A DNA stretch of 32,000 nt. It comes from Nitrosomonas europaea. GTDB taxonomy: Bacteria > Pseudomonadota > Gammaproteobacteria > Burkholderiales > Nitrosomonadaceae. The notes beneath the pieces were generated by a model. It did not search any database. It saw nothing but the letters and a program-made list of their open reading frames with translations, and was not told the origin of the DNA. The stretch lies in NCBI RefSeq assembly GCF_900167395.1, contig NZ_FUWK01000022.1:1-32000 (forward strand), given 5' to 3'. Below are positions 1 through 6,081 of this stretch, one piece after another (the first letter of the stretch is position 1; each line of letters begins with the position of its first letter). A program made the position numbers and the translations under genes.

Positions 1-205
1 CTACACGGTTCTTGATATTGGGCTTACGTCGGTTTGCATCTATCAGAGCTTCAACACCTCCTGTTTCCACAGCTGCCTGATAGCGATAGAAAGTATCGCG
101 AGAAAAACCCATCACCTTACAGGCACGGGATACATTGCCAAGCTCAGCTGCCAGATTAAGCAAGCCAATCTTGTGTTTAATGATTTTATGATGAACACTG
201 CTCAT
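1..205 (-). CDS. IS transposase, N-terminal helix-turn-helix part (partial; continues beyond the window start)
   Basis: The reverse-strand ATG at 203-205 is preceded by an AAGGAG Shine-Dalgarno (complement of 213-218). Translation MSSVHHKIIKHKIGLLNLAAELGNVSRACKVMGFSRDTFYRYQAAVETGGVEALIDANRRKPNIKNRV matches, from memory, the N-terminal HTH of rve/DDE-integrase-type IS transposases (often annotated IS481 family). It is absent from the ORF track because the window edge truncates it. Confidence 0.75.
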   Translation of the reverse strand, partial: MSSVHHKIIKHKIGLLNLAAELGNVSRACKVMGFSRDTFYRYQAAVETGGVEALIDANRRKPNIKNRV

Positions 206-319
206 GGGATTACTCCTTTACGCTTTCGCGTTTGGTTGATAAAGATTCGCACCTCTATCAAACCGGGTAATCCCACCTCTTGGCAAGACCTGCTGTCAGA
301 TCAAATCTGAACTACTACA
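1..319 (-). mobile_element. Terminal part of an insertion sequence; the inner end near 319 is approximate
   Basis: It contains the transposase 5' end. Read inward from about 319, the sequence is TGTAGTAGTTCAGATTTGATCTGACA, a plausible TGT-starting terminal inverted repeat. The other IS end is outside the window, so the boundary cannot be confirmed. Confidence 0.4.
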
Positions 320-360
320 CCTGATGGTGTGAATCCATATCATCAGGAGATTTTCTTTTC
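320..360 (+). terminator. Rho-independent-terminator-like hairpin plus T-tract, plus-strand orientation
   Basis: CCTGATG (320-326) pairs with CATCAGG (341-347), giving a 7-bp stem and 14-nt loop, followed by AGATTTTCTTTTC. No plus-strand gene lies upstream, and it abuts the putative IS end. Confidence 0.35.
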
Positions 361-449
361 AAGGCACCAATAAGCAGATCGTGTAACACACATCAAATCT
401 CTTCAGCACTCCACCGTTGTCAGCATCGTAACTTCAGGAATTTCAGGAT

Positions 450-1127
450 TTACTCAGTGACATCACCATAATACTTTTCCCCGATCCGTATTTTTTCTCT
501 GCCATGCTCCACTCGCCATTTGTTGGTATCTCGCAACGAATAAGCGCAGCCACAGTATTCCTGCATATAGAATTTCTCCCGTTTGCTGATTTCCAGCATG
601 CGCGCAGAACCTCCTTTTTTGCGCCAGTTATACGTCCAATAAGTGATCCCCGGATATTGCGCTGCTGCTCTGACACCACTGTCGTTGATCTGATCCATGT
701 TTTTCCAGCGGGAAATACCCAGCGAGCTGGAAATGACATCGAATCCGTTTTCATAGGCATATAAAGCCGTACGCTCAAACCGCATGTCGAAACACATGGT
801 GCAACGGATTCCGCGTTCAGGTTCCATTTCCATTCCCTTTGCCCGTTTGAACCAGTCATCCATGTCATAATCAGCATCGATAAACGGGATACCATGCTTC
901 TCGGCAAAACGGATATTTTCATCCTTGCGTAAATCGTATTCCTTGCGCGGATGGATATTCGGGTTGTAAAAAAAGATGGAAAAATCGATTCCGGAAGCAA
1001 CGATGGCTTCCATGACTTCACCCGAACAGGGTGCGCAGCAGGAGTGCAGCAGTAACTTTTTACCGTTCTCCGGCAGTTCCAGTTTTTCACGTTCCATTTT
1101 CAATTTACCCGCAACACAGTTATTCAT
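450..1127 (-). CDS. queH: Epoxyqueuosine reductase QueH (DUF208 family)
   Basis: 225 aa. It has the characteristic [11 protein letters not shown] motif near the N-terminus, conserved Cys residues ([13 protein letters not shown]), and a typical length. The alternative start at 1097 (MEREK...) has a weaker RBS than 1127. Confidence 0.85.
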   Translation of the reverse strand: MNNCVAGKLKMEREKLELPENGKKLLLHSCCAPCSGEVMEAIVASGIDFSIFFYNPNIHPRKEYDLRKDENIRFAEKHGIPFIDADYDMDDWFKRAKGMEMEPERGIRCTMCFDMRFERTALYAYENGFDVISSSLGISRWKNMDQINDSGVRAAAQYPGITYWTYNWRKKGGSARMLEISKREKFYMQEYCGCAYSLRDTNKWRVEHGREKIRIGEKYYGDVTE

Positions 1128-1239
1128 TGATTTTCAACCTTCTTCCGACTTATCCGGGACAGGCTTTCACTCCGGCATCCGGTTTTTCCAGACAATCCAC
1201 AACACTATTATAGACCCGGGAGTCTGTAAAACTCCCTGA

Positions 1240-1248
1240 TGATAGAAT
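1240..1248 (+). promoter_or_regulatory. Candidate extended -10 promoter element (TGaTAGAAT) for the ATPase-PIN-ligase cassette
   Basis: TGATAGAAT lies 38 nt upstream of the ATG at 1286. No good -35 is present, but the TGn extension could compensate. A perfect inverted repeat GGGAGT-N7-ACTCCC (1218-1236) lies where a -35 would be. Confidence 0.3.
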
Positions 1249-1285
1249 CGACAGAAAACCATCATAGAACTTCAATCAGAAGATC

Positions 1286-2575
1286 ATGTTCACTTCATTG
1301 AGACTGACCCACTTCAAAGCCTGGCAAGACACCGGCATGATTACGCTGAAACCAGTTACCGTTTTGCTGGGCACCAATTCATCAGGTAAATCCTCACTTA
1401 TCCAGAGCCTGCTGCTGTTGAAACAAACGGTGCAATCTCCGGATCGTTCGATCCACCTCAACCTGGGTGGAGATGAAATCAGTGATTTGTTCGATTTTGG
1501 CCATTTCGATGAGGTAATAAAACACGGTACATCTTCTCCGCGCGAGTTCTCGATCACATTTACCTTCCGGACTGCCGGACAATCACGAATAAACAGCGGC
1601 GAGTTTTCCTGCGGCTATCGGCAAACGGCAACTGGCGTCACTGCGATTCAGGAACTGGTATTGTCCGCTGCTGAACATCGTTTCCGCGCGATACGGCGAG
1701 AAAAGGGAAGCTACGCAATCTTCACTGATGATGAAACCCGACCGCGCGCCAAAGGCGAGCAGCTTGCACCGGAGCGTTCCGTTGCACTCCCCGCCGCCGC
1801 CATCGTCGCGCTGGGCAGCGCTGGCGCTCTCGCTGAAGATATTAGTCTTGCCATCCGGCGCGAACTGGAAAATATCTGCTATCTGGGCCCGCTTCGACGC
1901 AAACCGGAACGTGATTACGTATGGAACAAAACGACTCCCGGTCAGATCGAGAGTGACGGTCACCGTGCCATGGATATACTGCTCTCCAGTGTACTGATCA
2001 AAAATGACAAACAGAATGAAATTCTGGATGAGGTTTCCTTCTGGCTGAACAGAATGAAAGTGGCAGAGAGGCTGGAAATCCGGCAGGTGGGCCGCTCCGC
2101 CCGCTACGAAATCGTGGTGCATCAGGGTGGAACCATCACCAATCTGCGTGATGTCGGCATGGGTGTAGCGCTGGTGCTGCCGGTACTGGTGGCAGGCTAT
2201 TTTGCTCCGGCAGGCAGTACCGTCATCCTGGAAGAACCCGAAGTGCATCTTCACCCGCTGGCACAAGCGGTACTGGCCGAATTTTTCGTGGCACTGAGCC
2301 GTTCACGCCGCATCCAGTTCATCGTGGAAACCCATTCGGAACATCTGTTCCGCCGCATGCAAACACTGATTGCGCGCAAAAACACCTCCGTCGAACAAAT
2401 TGCCCTGCTATTTGTGGAAAGTGCTGCGGGGAATGCGGCATTGCGCAGGCTGGAAGTCGATGAATTCGGCCGGGTGAGCAACTGGCCGCAATACTTCTTT
2501 GGCGATGCACTGGGTGAAACACGCGAACAGGCGCGATTGATGCACACTCGCCATCAGGAGCAGCACAGAAAATGA
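1286..2575 (+). CDS. ABC/SMC-like AAA ATPase (AAA_15/AAA_21 type) with DUF3696-like C-terminus; no fused nuclease domain
   Basis: 429 aa. Motifs: Walker A GTNSSGKS (K35, nt 1388-1390), YLGPLR, signature-like DVGMGVALVLPVLV, Walker B TVILEEPEVHLHP, H-loop ETHSEH, and a C-terminal NWPQYFFGD tail typical of DUF3696 proteins. The stop overlaps the next start (ATGA, 2572-2575). Confidence 0.85.
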   Translation: MFTSLRLTHFKAWQDTGMITLKPVTVLLGTNSSGKSSLIQSLLLLKQTVQSPDRSIHLNLGGDEISDLFDFGHFDEVIKHGTSSPREFSITFTFRTAGQSRINSGEFSCGYRQTATGVTAIQELVLSAAEHRFRAIRREKGSYAIFTDDETRPRAKGEQLAPERSVALPAAAIVALGSAGALAEDISLAIRRELENICYLGPLRRKPERDYVWNKTTPGQIESDGHRAMDILLSSVLIKNDKQNEILDEVSFWLNRMKVAERLEIRQVGRSARYEIVVHQGGTITNLRDVGMGVALVLPVLVAGYFAPAGSTVILEEPEVHLHPLAQAVLAEFFVALSRSRRIQFIVETHSEHLFRRMQTLIARKNTSVEQIALLFVESAAGNAALRRLEVDEFGRVSNWPQYFFGDALGETREQARLMHTRHQEQHRK

Positions 2576-3114
2576 AACCGCGTTATGTGGTGGACACCAA
2601 TGTGCTGATCACCGCCAGTGTGGCTGATCCGGTTGCCCCAAAGGACATCGACGCGACACCGCAGGATCCTGCACTCAGATTTCGGGTGTGGCAATGGCTG
2701 GTCGAATTTGAAAGCAGTCCGGCACGACTGGTGCTCGATTCCGCCGGTAAAATCAAGGAAGAATACGATCGCAAGCTCGGATTCAACGATTACGGTATTC
2801 AGGTCGTAATCCACAAATGGAGCATGGCGGCAGTGGATAATGTGGATGTGCAATACGATACGGACGGCCATGCTGTGCTGCCACCGCCGCTGGATTCAGT
2901 GGTCCACGATCTGGCCGACCGGAAAATGGTTGCCGCTGCACTGGAAGCGCAAAAATGCCACGGCGAGAGTGCGATCGCCTTCGCCGGTGATACTGACTGG
3001 CATGACTGGGAACAAACGCTGATACAAGCGGGGCTTTCTATCGAACCCATTATTGAAGGCTGGTCACGCGCAAAACATGCAGAGAAAGCACACAGAAAAC
3101 AAAACCATGACTGA
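2572..3114 (+). CDS. PIN-like (PIN_3-like) domain protein, predicted metal-dependent ribonuclease
   Basis: 180 aa. The N-terminal YVVDTNVLI contains D8 (nt 2593-2595), and a central acidic stretch reads KIKEEYDRKL. HDLADRKMVAAALEA and AFAGDTDW match the later acidic PIN motifs (D..D..hhA.A and t.D.D). It has 4-bp and 8-bp overlaps with its two neighbours. Confidence 0.7.
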   Translation: MKPRYVVDTNVLITASVADPVAPKDIDATPQDPALRFRVWQWLVEFESSPARLVLDSAGKIKEEYDRKLGFNDYGIQVVIHKWSMAAVDNVDVQYDTDGHAVLPPPLDSVVHDLADRKMVAAALEAQKCHGESAIAFAGDTDWHDWEQTLIQAGLSIEPIIEGWSRAKHAEKAHRKQNHD

Positions 3115-3805
3115 TTTTTTCCGTTTCCCCAATACTCCTCACCTGCTCTGGCTGGGACAAGGCCAGCCCAGAGATGACAAGATTCTATCCGATGCCGAAA
3201 TAGCGGCCTTGCTGCAGGATGAAGTGCTGATCGAGGAAAAACTGGATGGCGCCAACCTGGGCATTTCGCTGGATGAACATGGCGAGCTGCGCGCCCAGAA
3301 TCGCGGCCAGTATCTGCCACAACCTTTTTCCGGCCAGTTTTCCCGCCTGAACAGCTGGCTGGGCCAGCACGGAGAAATCCTCAAACACACTCTGACACCG
3401 GAGATGATTCTATTCGGCGAATGGTGTGCCGCCCGGCATTCGCTCGACTATAACAAGCTGCCTGACTGGTTTCTGTTGTTCGACGTTTACGACCGGGAAG
3501 CAGGCAAGTTCTGGAGTGTGGAGCGGCGCAACCAGCTCGCTCAGAAATTGAATATCACCACCGTACCGCTGCTCAAACGCACAAAGATAACGTGCAACCA
3601 GCTCGTCCAGCTGCTCGATGATGCACAAAGCCGTTACCGCAGTGGCAAGGTCGAAGGTATCGTCATTCGCTGTGATTCGCCTCTCTGGTGTGAAAGCCGG
3701 GCGAAACTGGTCAACCGGGAATTTGTTCAGGCTATCGAGGATCACTGGCGCAGCCGGTCAATCGAGTGGAATCTGGTGCACGCCGGATCAGTAAAACGCT
3801 CATGA
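3107..3805 (+). CDS. ATP-dependent RNA ligase family protein, nucleotidyltransferase domain only (Pfam RNA_ligase/Rnl2-DraRnl-like)
   Basis: 232 aa from the ATG at 3107, which overlaps the PIN stop as ATGACTGA. The track ORF from 3053 is an in-frame upstream extension inside the PIN gene. Motif I is EEKLDGAN (adenylylation Lys45, nt 3239-3241), followed by FGEW, EGIVIR (motif IV-like) and AKLVNREF (motif V-like Lys). Confidence 0.8.
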   Translation: MTDFFRFPNTPHLLWLGQGQPRDDKILSDAEIAALLQDEVLIEEKLDGANLGISLDEHGELRAQNRGQYLPQPFSGQFSRLNSWLGQHGEILKHTLTPEMILFGEWCAARHSLDYNKLPDWFLLFDVYDREAGKFWSVERRNQLAQKLNITTVPLLKRTKITCNQLVQLLDDAQSRYRSGKVEGIVIRCDSPLWCESRAKLVNREFVQAIEDHWRSRSIEWNLVHAGSVKRS

Positions 3806-3861
3806 CGGCCATCGGCCTTGTGTGATGATAAAAACCGGGGTCAGCTATCGGGGAGAATGAT

Positions 3862-4236
3862 GTGTCGGATTTGAAAGATCCAAGAGTGCTGTTTGCTGCC
3901 GAACGGACCTTACTTGCCTGGAACCGGACCAGTTTGTCTCTCATTGCATTTGGATTCGTGGTGGAACGTGCAGGCAAACTGGTACGTGCCATTTCGCCCG
4001 GAATCATCGGCCCGGACCAGCTGGCAGCCATGTTCTGGCTGGGTCTGGCATTCATTGTTCTGGGTGCCATTACCTCAGTCTATTCTGCCCGCCAGTACGC
4101 GGTTATTCTTAAAACACTGACACCAGATGAATTCCCGCCCGGTTATGCGGCAAAATGGGGGCTGCTGGTCAATCTGGCAGTAGCAATACTCGGGCTGATA
4201 CTGGCCCTGGCACTCTGGTGGTGGCGTTTACATTAA
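3862..4236 (+). CDS. DUF202 (YidH-like) small inner-membrane protein
   Basis: 124 aa, GTG start with a GGGGAG RBS. It has the ERTLLAWNRTSLSLIAFG signature of DUF202 and three hydrophobic helices. Confidence 0.8.
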   Translation: MSDLKDPRVLFAAERTLLAWNRTSLSLIAFGFVVERAGKLVRAISPGIIGPDQLAAMFWLGLAFIVLGAITSVYSARQYAVILKTLTPDEFPPGYAAKWGLLVNLAVAILGLILALALWWWRLH

Positions 4237-4560
4237 CCATCCATGTCCAGCATTCGCACCGTGATCATCCTGTTTATCCTTGCCGGGTTCGTCCGGATCA
4301 CAGGAAAGTGGAGCAACCCGTTTGCGCCCCCGGCCAGAACATAGCTGTTTCTTAACCGGCCGGCGCTGACAAGCGGGCGCATCACGGGTATGCTACTTCC
4401 GCGCACTGCAAACCGGCGATGCCTCCAGGATGGTGCCGGCGAGCGAGACAAAACACGATTTTCGGCTCTACACCCCCGGTCACACACTTTGTGCTCTTGC
4501 CTGCTGCATCGTCGAGTCAAGCTGCCGGCCTTATTCATTTTGAAGCTCATTGCACCAGAT

Positions 4561-6024
4561 TTAATCCACTTCGCTCAACGCAATTCCCAAAGCCCTGGCA
4601 ACGCCTTCACCATAAGCACGATCCGCCTTCAGACAGTTGGTGATATGCCGAATCTGAATTTCCCGTGGTGCCTCTCCAATGGAACGAGCGGTATTGTCAA
4701 ATAGCACTTGTTGCTGCGAGGAATTCATGAGCCGGAATAAATTACCCGGCTGAATATAGTAATCCTCGTCTACTCGGTGATTCCAATGTGCAGCCGCGCC
4801 TTCCAGCGTTAACGGAGGTTCTGCATATTCAGGCTGCTGCTGCCATTCCTGGTAACTATTGGGCTCGTATCCCAGGGTACTACCCTGATTGCCATCAACC
4901 CGCATGGCGCCGTCACGATGATAATGATGGAAAGGGCAGCGGGGGGCGTTAACCGGGATCTGATAATGATTGACACCCAGGCGGTAACGCTGCGCATCCC
5001 CATAGGAAAACAAGCGCCCCTGCAACATTTTGTCTGGTGAAAAACTGATTCCCGGCACGACACTGGCTGGATTGAACGCAGCCTGCTCGACCTCAGCAAA
5101 GTAATTCTCCGGATTGCGATTCAATTCCATCACACCAACTTCGATCAGCGGATAGTCTTTGTGCGGCCAGACTTTGGTCAGGTCAAACGGATTATAGGGA
5201 AGACTGGCTGCATCGCTTTCCGGCATGATCTGCACAAATAATGTCCAGCGCGGGAATTCACCATTTTCAATGCTTTCGTACAGGTCACGCTGATGACTTT
5301 CCCGATCCTTGCCGACCAGTGCTTCCGCCTCGGCATCGGTCAGGTTTTTGATACCCTGCTGTGTTCTGAAATGAAATTTCACCCAGTAACGTTCCTGTCG
5401 GGCATTGATGAAACTGAAAGTATGGCTGCCGAAACCGTGCATGTGCCGATAGGTTGCAGGCAGACCGCGGTCACTCATGACGATGGTAATCTGATGCAAT
5501 GCTTCAGGAAGCAGCGTCCAGAAATCCCAGTTGTTGCGCGCACTGCGCAAATTGGTTCGTGGATCGCGTTTGACGGCATGATTGAGATCCGGAAATTTCA
5601 GCGGATCACGCAGAAAAAATACCGGCGTATTGTTGCCAACCAGATCCCAGTTACCTTCTTCAGTATAAAACTTGATGGCAAAACCGCGAATGTCACGCTC
5701 TGCATCGGCAGCGCCCCGTTCTCCCGCCACCGTGGAAAAGCGAACGAACAGGTCGGTTTTTTTCCCGATCTGAGAAAAAATATTTGCCCGCGTGTAACGA
5801 GTGATATCGTGCGTCACTGTAAAGGTACCGTAGGCACCGGATCCCTTAGCGTGCATCCGCCGCTCCGGGATCACTTCACGATCGAAATGAGCAAGTTTCT
5901 CGAGAAACCAGATATCCTGTAGCAACATCGGGCCGCGCGGACCGGCAGTCATGACATTCTGATTATCCGCTACGGGTGCACCGGCACTGGTGGTCAGCTT
6001 CTTTTTGGCATCATCCATTTTCAC
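4561..6024 (-). CDS. katA: Monofunctional heme catalase (small-subunit type)
   Basis: 487 aa. Canonical catalase sequence: [22 protein letters not shown] (distal His), [22 protein letters not shown], and proximal [14 protein letters not shown] (Tyr ligand). Confidence 0.97.
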   Translation of the reverse strand: MKMDDAKKKLTTSAGAPVADNQNVMTAGPRGPMLLQDIWFLEKLAHFDREVIPERRMHAKGSGAYGTFTVTHDITRYTRANIFSQIGKKTDLFVRFSTVAGERGAADAERDIRGFAIKFYTEEGNWDLVGNNTPVFFLRDPLKFPDLNHAVKRDPRTNLRSARNNWDFWTLLPEALHQITIVMSDRGLPATYRHMHGFGSHTFSFINARQERYWVKFHFRTQQGIKNLTDAEAEALVGKDRESHQRDLYESIENGEFPRWTLFVQIMPESDAASLPYNPFDLTKVWPHKDYPLIEVGVMELNRNPENYFAEVEQAAFNPASVVPGISFSPDKMLQGRLFSYGDAQRYRLGVNHYQIPVNAPRCPFHHYHRDGAMRVDGNQGSTLGYEPNSYQEWQQQPEYAEPPLTLEGAAAHWNHRVDEDYYIQPGNLFRLMNSSQQQVLFDNTARSIGEAPREIQIRHITNCLKADRAYGEGVARALGIALSEVD

Positions 6025-6081
6025 TCTCCTTCAAGTAGTAATGTTCATACCCCTCTTTTCACCTTTCTTTCCAGTGTGTAT

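Noticed and set aside
443-1090. 215-aa ORF on the minus strand overlapping queH in another frame, plus the plus-strand ORFs at 504..764, 976..1239 and 1031..1213
   Set aside because: They lie almost entirely within, or opposite, the well-supported queH gene. Their composition is odd (Cys/Arg/Trp-rich) and they carry no recognisable motifs, so they are shadow ORFs.
1583-2266. 227-aa antisense ORF inside the ATPase gene, and the antisense ORFs at 2799..3320 and 3410..3745 inside the PIN and ligase genes
   Set aside because: They lie opposite ORFs that carry clear catalytic motifs, and they have no motifs, low complexity and no RBS. The sense-strand genes explain the region.
3053-3106. N-terminal extension (MKAGHAQNMQRKHTENKT) of the RNA ligase ORF
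   Set aside because: The extension lies entirely inside the PIN gene. The internal ATG at 3107 gives the classic ATGACTGA overlap and a sensible N-terminus, so the shorter form is preferred.
4243-4344. 33-codon hydrophobic mini-ORF directly after the DUF202 gene
   Set aside because: No Shine-Dalgarno is visible, it is too short for homology support by eye, and it could arise by chance. It is mentioned only as context in a finding and is not called as a feature.
4233-4704. ORFs 4233..4550 (-), 4390..4704 (+) and 4419..4643 (+) in or near the DUF202/catalase convergent gap
   Set aside because: They overlap one another, are Arg/Cys/Pro-rich, lack an RBS, and partly run into the 3' end of the catalase gene.
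5293-5922. 209-aa plus-strand ORF antisense to catalase
   Set aside because: It is the shadow of a highly conserved gene and has no recognisable domain.
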